NCBI GenBank assembly: GCA_013265495.1
Contig: MU058839.1
Coordinates: 1 to 64,000, forward strand
DNA length: 64,000 bases
DNA from: Vicugna vicugna
Lineage: Eukaryota
Direction of reading: 5' to 3'
Every line of letters begins with the position of its first letter. Position 1 is the stretch's first letter. Positions 40,326 through 51,920 of this stretch are shown here, in pieces. The notes below the pieces were generated by a model, which made no database searches, had not been told where the DNA came from, and was given only the letters and a program-made list of their open reading frames with translations. A program made the translations under genes and the position numbers.

Positions 40326-42653
40326 TTTTTAAAAAAGGGGGCACATTCATTACTGCTTCATAATTAAAGTTCCTTAAAAAAAAAAAAAAGTCATAAGCTA
40401 AGGAGCCACAGAGCAACATGCTCTGTCTTCTACATCGGATCCTTCCACAAGCAAGTTGGGGCCTAAACAGGAAGCAAAGAATTACTAAGGGACAGTACAG
40501 CATAGCAGCTGAGAGCCTACATTCCAAAGGCTGCCTGTTCAAATTTCAGCTTTTAGCAGTGTAACTTTGGGCAAATTAACTTCTCTGTACCTAAGTTTCC
40601 TCACCCACTGGGTCGTGGTTGTGTGAATGAAATTTATCATGTAAGGCTAAGACACATAGGCTGATACTAGACATAGAAGAGTGAGGTTTACAAAGCATTT
40701 TTCCAGTCCACCTTCCTGGGGATTCAGTAGCTCTCCAAAACTAAATCATAGTGCCTTCTTGAACCAAAAATCCAGTCCTGAAAATCTCAGAAGGGTAAAC
40801 TTAGGTATAAAAAGTTCCAACTTCCTAACCCTCTCTCCTTGCACACAAAACAGAATACATGAAGAGCCTTCTCTTTCAGCAACCAGTTACTTTCCATTAA
40901 ATGCTTTATGTTTTAAGCAGAACTTTAGCCCCTCGATGAGGACTAGGGTGGATATTAAATTATTGGAATTAACTTTGCCTAAGACTTCACAGTAACCGAA
41001 TGAGTCACTCACTGCTTTAGAAATAGTAAAATGTCAAGGTTGCCAGAGAACCCCAGCCCCAGATGTTTGCATAAATCATTTCCAAGTGATCATCAAGCCA
41101 AAGCCAAAGGACATTACTCAAGATAACACTTTAAGTAAAATCTATCAGTTTTCAGGATTTTTTCCTGTAATGAAGAAAATTCTAAAAATGGATTTACTAG
41201 GGAGAAGAAAAAGCACAGTAAGTTCAGCCCTAAAATTATACAACATATTAAACAAGGATTAAAACTCCTCCTTTTGCTCTAGCTTCACAGGGTTTATGCC
41301 TTTTTTTTTAAAACTGTTTTATCCAATCAACAAGTACTGGACAGACCCTAAACTCAAGATTTAAAGATATCTAATAGTGTTTACCTCACTATATTTTCTC
41401 TATAATACTACCTAAAAGCAAAAGCTTTTAAATTTTTTGATAAAACTATTTACAACCAGATTTTTAATACCTCTCATCTGCAACGTGTTTTTAAGTGCTC
41501 TGTGTTGATGATACCATACACAAAGGAGTCTTTTTTGACTTTCATAACTTAGGTAAAATTAGTAGTCTAATTTCATGAAACTCAAGCCTTTTGTCCTAAC
41601 ATATGACAAGAACAAAAGGCAAGAATATTCTCTGGCCATTTACATTGTCACACAAAAGAAAAAATAATAATCTCCAACTTGTTACGTCCTTTATTTCTCT
41701 ACCCCTGAACCAAGTAGTTGATAGATCAGCCTGTCAGGGCTTTGAGTTCTTCAGGTTCATTCATCACAGCGGATAGTACACAAAACCCCGTTTTACTAAA
41801 ATTTCTGGAGTGTATAGGTCATTGGCAAATAACCTGAAACTGAAATCGCACATGCGTCGCAGTATCCTCCCAAATAGAACCGACTGTCTCCGTTTGCTTA
41901 TTTTTGATAACTTTAAATAGAAGACTTAAGACGTGTCGTTTTCCTAACTCGTTTGACAATCTGACCGCTGGGCTCAGGACTGAGCGCCCCACAGCTTCCG
42001 GCCTGAGTATAACATGCGCTTCCCCACTAGGCTCCCACGTCGGCTCCAAACAAACCCGATGTAATAGCTGAAGAATGACGACACTAAAATCCACCCTACA
42101 GATTCATATCTGAGAAAGACGTCTGCAACACGAAATAAACTTTTATTTCTCAAGAAATAGTGGGGTTAAACAACATCACCACCCAGAGGGGTCTGCTAGC
42201 TCCATTTCCTGGAGTGGGTGCGCGCAGGGGGTCTGGACAGCTTAACCCCGTGCGGGCCAATAGGCTACCTAACAGTTGTCAGCGGGCGCCCCGCCGGTGA
42301 GAGAGCGCCCCGTACCGCGCAGGTTCACTGCCAGCAGGTGATCACCTCAAAAGGCCCGAGTGCGAGCGTCGGGAACCCGGCCACTTCCCCTGAGCGCGAT
42401 CCGGCTACCGCATGCTGCCTGGTACTTTGTTAACTCTGCGCGCCCGGCGGGGAGGCAGCTCCCGGATCGCTGTCACCGCGGTCCCAACGCTGCAGAGCCC
42501 GGGCTGGAAGAGGATCCAAGCCTCCTCCAGCTCGGCCTCTCCTGCCCCGGCGCGGAATCTCGAAGGGGGGCAAAGGTAGCGGAGCAGCGGGTAACTACGG
42601 GCCCCCATGCCTGCCCTCTCGGAGCCCCGCGCCACTGCTTTCCTGGTGCTTAC

Positions 42654-42788
42654 CTGGGGAAAGGAGCCCTCGCGGTGCGGGTTTTTGGGGTAGTCTAAGT
42701 GACCCCGGTCCAGCATCAGGTAGAGCGAGAAAATCACTACACAGAAGATCGCGCTGCCAAACACGGTGAACTGGCGGCTTAACTTCAT
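42654..42788 (-). CDS. MAN2A1: MAN2A1 coding exon 1 (135 nt): cytoplasmic tail and type II signal-anchor
   Basis: ATG at 42788 (GAAAAATGAAG, A at -3). Translates MKLSRQFTVFGSAIFCVVIFSLYLMLDRGHLDYPKNPHREGSFPQ, the recognisable Golgi mannosidase II N-terminus. Donor CAG|GTAAGC at 42654/42653, phase 0. Confidence 0.97.
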
Positions 42789-43799
42789 TTTTCCTCGATA
42801 GACTCGGAGCCAGGACACTGTCCTCACCCGGAGGAGGAGGCAGCCTGTGGACTTCTGGAAGTGGCCGCCGGAGGCTCCCTGATCCGGTGCTAGTGCTCTC
42901 CGAGCCCTCGGCTGCGAATGCGGGTCCGGGCCGCGCTCCGCACCTTGTCTCCGGCGCCCCCACGCGCCCTTGGCCTTCGCCCTGGCCCGCCGCCCACCCT
43001 GTGGCCGGGCGTCCCTCCTGAGGCGGGACCCGCCTGCAGCCCGGAAGGGGCCTGCTCAAACTTAATCTCGAGCTCAGCGCCAGCACCCGGCAGGGCGCGC
43101 GGGGCCGGCAGAGAAGAGGTCGCTGTCCGGACTTCCTACCACCGTCGCCCCCACCGAGGCGGCAGGAAAAGTTTTCTCGACGAGGGCAGGCGTGTCCTCT
43201 TCACCCAGGAGGTGCGGGTTCGGCGGCTCCGGGGCCGGCAGCGCCGAGCTGGGTGCGAGGAGCCGTGGGGAAAGGAAATCAGGTCGGGAGGAGCCGGGCC
43301 CTACAACTTAGCGCCGGGACGGCCGGGCCCGCCCCCACGGCACCGCCCCCGCCTCCCCCGACTGAGCCCCTTCCTGCCGCTGCTGAGGCCGGGCCAGGGT
43401 ACACCCCGGGCGCGGGGACGCACGGGTCGGGCAGGAGTTTCCTCCGAGCGCTCGTCCGCCCGCCTGCCTCTCCCGCCCCCCGCCGTCCCTTCCTCTCCCC
43501 TCTTGGACCCGGACTGCGCTGGGAGGGCGCAGGGGGCGGGCGGTGGCGGCGCGCGGAGGAGGAAAAGGAGAGCGAAGGAAGGACTGTCCCCGGAGAGAAG
43601 CCCGTTCCAGCTGCAGCCGCGAGTCCCCTCCCCACCTCCAGCCTCGCAAACGCGGAGATGGCGGAGGCAGCTGCGAAAGGAAACGCCGGTTCTCCAGCGC
43701 CACTCTGCGCTCCCGCACCGCCCACCACAAGCAGAAGACAGCCGCGGCGCAGCGGCCTCTGGGTCGATAGGCGCCCGCAGACCCGGAGCCGAGCAGGCG

Positions 43800-43895
43800 G
43801 CTGGCCCCGCCCCCTCCCGACGCTCCGGCATGAGGGGGCGGGCTCCGGGGCGCCCAATCACAACGCGCCGCCCGCGGGGCCCGCCCCGCGTCCGC
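43800..43895. promoter_or_regulatory. TATA-less core promoter cluster: Sp/KLF GC boxes and a CCAAT box
   Basis: CCCCGCCC ~43805, GGGGCGGG ~43835, CCAAT 43854-43858, CCCGCCCC ~43880. A second GC-box group lies at ~43328-43355. The TSS cannot be determined from sequence. Confidence 0.6.
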
Positions 43896-44399
43896 CTTCC
43901 TGGGCTCCTGCGGTGGGAAGACCTCAGAGGGCTTTTGTGACCCGCGAGGGGGTATTGCTGGAGTTGTGGCCCTGAGAGGCCTGAGGGCGCCGGCAGCCCC
44001 TGTACCGCTGAGCTTTCTCCCGGTTACCTTTTCGCTGCCCAGGTTTCCTTTCCTTGAGATCCCGGGCCTGGCGTGCCTTGGACGGAAACTCGGTGAGGAG
44101 AAAGGGGGCTGCGAATTCTGTTCAGACTCATCTTTTCCTCCGTTGCTGCTGGTGACTTCTGAAACCTGAGGGAAAGGAGCCTGCCAAAGGACCCTCCAGG
44201 CAGGTGTAGAACTCTGGCTACAAAATCTGTGAGGGGAGCCTGAGAAGTGATGCTTGTGCTGGTTACTGGTTTCTTGCTGTCAACTCCAAATTCACCCTTT
44301 TTTGACTGCGCAGTGAAAATGGATCTGGGCCTTCTAAAGTAAGTTTTCCTTGGTCAGCAGAGGCTGAAGCTTTGTCAGAAGAGCGTGCTAAGGAGGCGT

Positions 44400-44937
44400 T
44401 ACAGGAGAAAAAGTGTTTTTGGTGTATTGGTAGGCAGGCTCTTGTGGTATACCTACCTGGCTTTCTCCAGTGCCAAACTTCTGTGGTGTTCAGGGACCAG
44501 CAGTTTCCTCCCACACCCTCAACTCTAGTCATTTTGTAGTGGAGGGCCTAAAGAGAGACATTACCTTATGAATAGCTTTCCAAGTACCCTAGAGGCAAGA
44601 TTTGCAGCAAATTCCAGAGGAACAATTCCCAGCAAGTTCTGCAGGTGTGGTTCCACAATGACTTCTGTGCCATTTACTGAGCCAGGCTGTGCCCTCTCCA
44701 ATTACGTCTCTGTCTTAGCACAGAAAAGGGTTGGGGGAGCTCTTCTTTGGAAACTCTGCCTCCCAGCCCAAGGGTTAATTATCAGGTTAGCTCCTTAGGG
44801 CTGCTATTTCTATTTTCTCTATGATTCTTTTCTCACTAGTGAAGCTCTCATTACTTCAAAACACTGTTACAGGAAATAATACTTTTTATTAAGCTTTTAA
44901 TTTTTATTCAGCTTTACCTGTAGCTCTAAGAGATACA
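44400..44937 (+). mobile_element. MLT2E/F-like ERVL 5' LTR (left boundary uncertain)
   Basis: TAGAGGCAAGATTTGCAGCAAATTCC...GCTGTGCCCTCTCCAA...TTTATTAAGC...GATACA terminus, directly followed by ERVL internal sequence. Confidence 0.6.
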
Positions 44938-46589
44938 CCTGCAAAGATGGGAATAGGATTTTGGTTTGATTGGACCTCTGTGCTGGAGCTTAGTATTGAG
45001 CTCATTGACAACAAAATGCTAGTAATTAATTAGGGCATCACAGTCAGTCATCTGTTGCTGATGTGATGAAGTACCAAGTGCCTTGAAGTCCCCAAATGGC
45101 AGCTACACTAGACTGTTATGGCTATAAAGTGACTATAGGCACTATGGTGTAAGATGGATTCTGAGTTCCTAGCTTACAGACAAATTACAAGCAATCTTCA
45201 AAGTTATCATATGAGACCCCAGGAGCTTTCATATGATTCTAAAAAACAAAAAGCCCAAAAACAAAAAGCAAACAACTCTTACTGATTGTAGCAACAAAAT
45301 GATATTGCTGAAGATGAAACACAAAATTTTAATTTTTAGGTTACTGAATTACAGCTACTGTTGAATTCACAGATGTGTTAAGTATCTCTTGTCAAAGTTA
45401 GGATGTTGTTAAATAATAGGATCCCAAAACTTGGAGTGGGTTAGACCCAGATGAAACTGAAAAACTTGTACCCCAAAGTCACTTCCACCCTTACTAGTGG
45501 AAGTAAGTTGCCCTTGAGTTTCTGAGGCTTCCTCTGCTTGAAAATTCATCTGGGGCTGATGTCCTGAGAGGAAATTTACATACTTCTCAAAACCGACTGT
45601 ACTCACCCTCTACTGCTGGTATTCCTACAACTAGAATCAGATTTCAGCATGTTCCTGGGGGATAAGTGCACACTATAATGGAGGAAGAAGTACCCTACCA
45701 AAATAACCGAAAGACTTTGCTAATATATAGGTAGAAACCTGGAGAACATGTGTGGGAGTGGATTCTATGGGTGTTAGATGATGGAGGATGGAATATAACA
45801 CTATACTGAGCCAAATTTATTGTTAAGGTGTTAATCATATGTGTTAGCTCATGCAGCTAGAGGTGGTTCTCATAGCTTACTTGATTGATTGATAGAAACT
45901 TAGACTCAACAGTTGCCTAGAGTTTGTGAGGTTGAAATGCCAGAGCTTCCCTGATGTGATGTGAAACAGAGAATTCTGAAGTTTAGGGAAATATTATATT
46001 GAACTTACTACATGTAACATGCATACCCATCCCCCAAATATGTTCCAGGGAAAGGCCCAGAAGATACTCCCTTCACTGAAGATTTGAGAAATATGTTAGT
46101 GAGAGAAAGAGATGCATCTTTGAAAATTTCTGTGGATGTTGCCCTCTGTAGGCCATGTATGACTACAGAATGTATGACTATTGAGGTGGACTCACTGATA
46201 TTAATGGGAATGACAGGATCCCAGAACAGCAGAGGCCAAGCAGTGCTTAGCCACCGAAGATAATGTGGGTACATTTGCCTTATTAAAGGGCAGCAAGTAT
46301 ATACAGGCAATAAGACTGCCTTGGCCCACAGAGATGCCCTAGGAACAAATAGATAGGCAACCTAATAGAGTACTGCTTGATACTTATCACAGGAAAAGCT
46401 CTAAATCAGGTAGCTAAAATCTGACCTGAGTCACCACTGTGGACTCAAACTCAGTTTTTAGACCTATATCAATTCACAGGCCCAGAACCCCTTGACTGAA
46501 GGAGAGTCTGTGTCTCTTAAGGAACAACCTTGTATGTAAATGTTTCTTCAAGCCTGTCTCAAAGAAATGTGTGGTGTAGATGGCAGGGA

Positions 46590-46733
46590 TATTGGAGATA
46601 GGCTTTTATGTATACTTTAAACTATAGGCAACATCCCTTTAATGATTAATTTGTGGCAAAAGCAATAGAATACAAAGGTTAAAGTAAAAGAAACAGTTCC
46701 AATATGGAGTCAGATTTGTTTTTCCCTGTTAAC
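46590..46733 (-). mobile_element. Truncated ERV1-type LTR fragment (U3 end), related to 47035-47530
   Basis: Shares CTATAGGCAACAT...AATACAAAGGTTAAAG.AAAAGAAACA..CCAATATGGAGTCAGATTTGTT.TTCCCTGTTA with 47425-47530. Confidence 0.8.
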
Positions 46734-47034
46734 GATGTCACCATAAAAGACTTGAAAAAAGCAACAGTGCTGATACCTACCACATTCACATTTAACTCAC
46801 CAGTTCGGCTAGTGCAGAAGTAGATCCTGAAAAATGAGTATGGACATTATAAAATTAATCAGGAGTAATTCTAATTGTGGCTGCTGTCCCCAGCTGCAGT
46901 ATTTTTACTGAAACAAATCAACACAGCACCTGGCACTTGGTGTATAGCTACTGACGTGGCTAATGCTTTCTTCTCTATACTTATTTATAAAACCACCAGA
47001 AGCAGCTGGCTTTTACCTAACTGGGCCAACAATA

Positions 47035-47530
47035 TGTTACTGAGTCCTTGCCCATACTGCTCACCTCATGACTGGTCAATAAATCAAGAGATGAGTTGTT
47101 CAGGCAAGGAATAGTGATTTTATTTGGAAAGCCAGCAGACTGGGAAAATGGACTAGTGTCCCAAAGAATCATCTTTCCCAAATTAGAATTCTGGCTTCTT
47201 TTATACTAAAAGAGGAGGGGGAGTGGTTGGTTGTCAGAAACATCTTGGTGTTGGATTCCTTTGTTCTTGCAGCTGCCCACATAGGTCAGTCCCCGATGTT
47301 CCTGTAACCCTCCAATAAGGCAAATGTTACTCTCTGTTCTGCAAGTTTTTATCTCTATATGAATGGAAAAGCATTATACCTTTAAAGATCAGAACCTTAA
47401 GAATGGGCTATCCTGTATATTTCATCCTATAGGCAACATTCTTAACTTACAGCAAAAGCAGTAGAATAATACAAAGGTTAAAGAAAAAGAAACATCCAAT
47501 ATGGAGTCAGATTTGTTCTTCCCTGTTACA
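47035..47530 (-). mobile_element. Intact ERV1-class solo LTR (496 bp) with 4-bp TSD
   Basis: TG...CA ends (TGTTAC / GTTACA), TSD AATA at 47031-47034 and 47531-47534. Minus-strand TATAAAA (47205-47199) and AATAAA (47124-47119). Confidence 0.9.
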
Positions 47531-47749
47531 AATATACCTCCACAGTATTGCCTCAGGGACACATCAGTTCTCCTTAATATAGCCTGCAGAAATGTTGATC
47601 GTCCTGACAGTCCACAAAACATCACACTGGTTCATTTTGGTTGTTCATAATGACAACAGTATGCTGATTGGATCTGATGAGCAGGAAGTAGCAAATATTT
47701 TTACACAACTTAAGAAGATTATTTGAACTAAAAGGCATCAGCTAATAAT

Positions 47750-49010
47750 CAGAAGTGTGAGATGACAACCTCAGGGGTGGGATAAGTTCAAGGATGGTAC
47801 AAGGTATACAAGGAAAAAGCCACTGAGAGAGAAATCCAAGCAAATGATGTGAGTTAGACATTATAGAATTGGAAAAAATAGTGAAGTGATTGCTGCAGAG
47901 ACTGGTCATACCAATTATGTGGCTCTTGAAGGGAAGCAATGACACAGCTGGTAGAAAAGGAACACCCTACACCTCAGGAAGTCAGGACTGGGTGAAGACC
48001 CATTAACCTTTCTTGGCTCTTACCTGCAGCATACAGGGCCTGGCATCTCAGAGTGCTTTGCTCACTGAATACCCATTCTTAACTTAGATCCTGGGTCCTT
48101 AGATCTTAAACTAAGGACTGTTGACCTTTCAGATTGATGACTTCCAGCCTTGATGACAGAACAAGATTAATTTTCTGGACATTAATATGGTTCCCCCTAG
48201 CCTGGTATTATTGTCAGTCTCATGCATTCTCTATTTACCAGCTAAGAAAAAACCAAAATTCTCTTGTGTGCTTTCCCCAGACCATAGCTACTACTCTGAA
48301 TTTGAGTGATGGCTGCATCTGTCACTCCCACCTGACCCTACTGCTAAAGGCTTAACAAATGTTCTTCCGGACACTGAAAAATCAAACGTTGACCCCCATG
48401 TCAGCAAAATGCTGTTGCTGAAGTCACTACAAACCTATTAGCAGAATCCAGTTTACCTGGAGCAGTGCGTATTGTGAGGGCTAGGCTGGTTGGCTATGCT
48501 AGCCAGATAGTTCTCAGAAGCACTCCAAGCCTGTTTTGCAGGAATAATTTAGCTATAACCAAGGAGTTTATATATCACAAGGAACACAAAGTTGACTCAC
48601 CCCAATAAAAGATACTTATCACTCTTAATACAGTTAATGCCTCCAGTAGGATACTGCTTGTGTGGACATCAGGCCTATACTTGCCTGACAAAAACCAGTC
48701 TAAAGTCTTTAATGCTGGTGGTTATAGACAATCACATTGCTCCAGAACTCCTGCTGGCCGGTCAAGGTAAAAGACATTCAAATGGCGACACCTGTTGCTG
48801 CGCTTGGCTTACTGAATCAGGGAAGGTGGGACAGTCTATCTCCTACCTTAGAGAGAAAGCAGTGTGGCTCTCTTAGGTCTATCTCAGAGGCACCTGAGAT
48901 GTGCCTAGCTGGCTTGGCTCTGGTTGGGGAGCCTGTTTGCAATTTATCCTTCAAATAGGTCATATCATCCTGCTAGGGGTCAGAGTTGGGGTCAGTCTCA
49001 TCTGAGGTAG
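47750..49010 (+). mobile_element. Decayed ERV 3' internal region with env remnant
   Basis: Frame 48592-48876 reads PPVGYCLCGHQAYTCL (SU-like), then SLKSLMLVVIDNHIAPELLLAGQG...DTCCCAWLTESGKVGQSISYLREKAVWLS (gamma-type TM-like). Upstream TIATTLNLSDGCICH resembles an SU N-terminus. Confidence 0.7.
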
Positions 49011-49019
49011 CCTAAGGCA

Positions 49020-49670
49020 AATGGAAAATATTTGGTCCAAGCACCTGCAATTTATCAGTTAAGTAGGTAATCTAATGGGGACCTAAACTCCTGAAAATAA
49101 TTCTTTCTTGGGTATATAAAAGGTCAGGGGTAGAGTTACTGAGAGACAGCTCTGCCTCCTCATAACCTTACATGGCTTTACATTGGCCAGACAGGCAAGT
49201 CTGACCAGAGTCTTAGTGGAATGCCCCGCAATTCCTCCTCGACCAGGGGAAGATAAGCTTCTTGTGAAGAGCTGCCAAGAGGCTGCCATAAAACCATTTC
49301 TCATCCAACTCCCTAATTTCAGCTAAGCACAGGACTTTAACCCCACCTTCCTCCAGATACAGCTGCAAGCTTCTATATAAGTCTAGAAAATGCCCGGCTG
49401 TAGTTTAGATGGCTTCTCAGTAACGGATCAACCATCACTACTGTCTTTGTCATTGGGTCCCTCCAGTTCATTGTCATCCAGGGGGACTAGAGATGTGGGG
49501 AGGTGACACCCTGCTGGTATTTTTTTTTTTTTGCTATGCAAGTAATAAATCATCTGAATCCAGATAAGCCTGTGGTCATCTTACTGGCTGAATCTCTCAG
49601 TGTGGTATGCCAACCTAGCAGCTTCAGTTGTGATCCTTGTGAATCTTTAGCCACCACACTGCTGCTTAGG
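49020..49670 (+). mobile_element. Old LTR (ERVL-class, LTR52/53-like, tentative) downstream of the env remnant
   Basis: TATATAA ~49374, GCAAGTAATAAAT poly(A) signal ~49543, LTR-like layout. Family and boundaries uncertain. Confidence 0.5.
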
Positions 49671-50234
49671 AGCTGCTCAGCCACTTGTTACTTAGAAGGG
49701 CAGGAATTTCTGTCTGAAGGATGAATAAAGCTGCTATAATTCACGGGGATATACTCATGTGAAAAAGTAGGGGTGAGCAGAAGCAAGACTTTGACATTTT
49801 GGGGCAACCAAAGGCTATAGGGATGAAGCAAGTGGAGAGAGATTGAAGACACAGGAAAAAGAGTTAAGTAGAAGATCAAGGTGGTAGAGAAGAAGATGGA
49901 GCGTTGGAGGTCTGTAGCTCTGGTGGAGAGAATCACTCTGGAAAGGAAGATGCCCCACTCCCACCCTGGGACCAAAGAAGCCTCCTCCATGTCCTTTTCT
50001 ATCATGGTGTTCCTGTTATCTTACGGTCTGTCTCTTACAAGGTCTCCTGCCTATCTTGCCCTAATGTCACCACTTTCCCATATTTGTGAAATTTAAAAAA
50101 TTTCAATGACATATCCTTGCCTAAAATCCATCAGTAGTTTCTCAGCACCTTCAGGTTTGATTCTAATCACATTAGTGTGGACCCCAAGTTCCTGCAAGTT
50201 CTGACCTCTGCCTTTCTTCCTCTTAATTCTTAAA

Positions 50235-50757
50235 TTTTAATACAATTTTTAAAGGTTACTTTCCATTTAAAGTTATTTCAAAAATTGGGTATATTCCCTT
50301 ATTTCACAATATACCCTTGAGCCTATCTGATCCCACTCCCCCACCAGTATGTTGCCCCTTCCCCCCCACTACTAGTTAGTATTAGTTTGTTCTCAATATC
50401 TGAATCTGCTTCTTTTTTGTTTTATTCACTAGTTTGTTGTATATTTTAGATTCCACATATAAATTATACCATATGGTATTTGTCTTTCTCTTTCTGACGT
50501 ATTTCACTTAGCATAATGCCTTCCAGGTCCATCTGCGTTGGTGCACATGACAAAATTTCATTCATTTTTATGGCTGAGTAGTATTCTATCATATATATAT
50601 ATATATATCTCACATCTTCTTTATCCATTTATCTGTTGATAGACATTTAGGTTGCTTCCATGTTGGCAATTGTAAATAGTGCTGCTATGAACATTGGGAT
50701 GCATGTATCTTTTTGAATTTGTGGTTTTGATTTTCTGGGGTGATGTACACCCAGGAG
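50235..50757 (-). mobile_element. L1 3' end fragment
   Basis: TAGATTCCACATATAA...TATTTCACTTAGCATAATGCC...TGGCTGAGTAGTATTC...AAATAGTGCTGCTATGAACATTGGG. Confidence 0.9.
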
Positions 50758-51895
50758 TCTGGCTGCTGCCTTTCTATCCAGCCTTATCTCCTATTGCGCT
50801 TTCACATATAGTCTTCACTCTGGTTATGCTGACCCACTTCCCTTCTCTCTAATGGGCCAAGCAAACAGGGCTACTATGTATGGTTGTGCAGACAGCACAC
50901 TGAACATCTCCAAGAAGTGCCATACATATTGCTGATATTGTCAGTTTGTATAGTTAGAACTGTTTTCTGGAAGGTGGCAGTAGATTGTCTTATTCTAATA
51001 AAATCAATATAAAAGGAAAATTTTGTGACAGACAGAAGTAAATTACTACCTTGAAGAAGAGCCAATTTTATAAAAACTTGAACAAAGTTACACCTCAAAT
51101 CCATGGTATAATTCTTTATGTTTGGAATGTCCTTCAGTTCCCTTGTCCGCCAGCAAATTCCTCCTTCCACACAGGGGAAACTCAAACACTATCTCTCTAT
51201 CTCTATCTCTTCAAATATTACCAGGTGTTTTTTATAGCTACTTATCTCATGGTCTGGAAGTGTTTGTGTCCTTTTCCCTCTTCTGAGTTGTCTAGGGTTG
51301 GGTTTTTCATATTCATCTTTATTCATTTCATCCTGAATGGGCACATGAGGTGTTCTGGATCAGAGGCAGATTTCTTATTATCCCACAGTAGGAACTGCAT
51401 GCTCCCTCTCTCAGCTTGCCCCAGGCCTTACCCCTGGGACCAAGTTATGAAAGCCAATGGAAGCTTTCTTACGTGAGTGGCCAGATACTCTGTAGACAAG
51501 GGACAAGGGAAAAGGATTCTTCTCCTTATAAAAGTAAAAGAGGCAGCTGCCCTCCACCTCTCCTGAAAGTGTCTCCTTATGCCAGATGTCTTCTAGCTCC
51601 AGGGCCTCATTTCTATTTGAAATTTAAATCACTAGAAAGATAGCACTCCAGTCTCCCCAGGACCTTCAGAACTAACCTAGGTACCTTCCCTAGGATATAA
51701 ATTTTTGCTTTGGGGAAGATAAAGGAGTTTTTATTAACCCTTTGGATCATAGCAATTAGCTCTGTCATTAGGGAAACAGGTAGCTACAGATCTAATCCTT
51801 ATGGTAGGAGAAAATGTTTCTAGGAAAACTGAAAGCGAACATTGTCTATAGTGCACACATTACTGTGGCTTAGGAGGCTACAGACTCTTACAGGA

Positions 51896-51920
51896 ACACA
51901 CACACACACACACACACACA
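51896..51920. repeat. (AC)n microsatellite
   Basis: Dinucleotide run. Confidence 0.95.

Larger units (their letters stand above)
41850..44120. promoter_or_regulatory. CpG island spanning MAN2A1 promoter, 5' UTR, exon 1 and start of intron 1
   Basis: Very high GC content and dense CpG against an AT-rich, CpG-poor background. Boundaries approximate. Confidence 0.93.
44938..47720 (+). mobile_element. ERVL internal region, decayed gag and RT (interrupted by LTRs)
   Basis: gag-like GAACATGTGTGGGAGTGGATTCTATGGGTGTTAGATGATGGAGGA (E-H-V-W-E-W-I-L-W-V-L-D). RT peptide LLKQINTAPGTWCIATDVANAFFSI, and after the LTR, YTSTVLPQGHISSP (LPQG motif). Many stops. Confidence 0.88.

Noticed and set aside
42218..43975. 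Many overlapping long ORFs on both strands (up to 340 aa)
   Set aside because: Expected in a CpG island where stop codons are rare. Products are low-complexity Arg/Gly/Pro/Ala with no recognisable domain.
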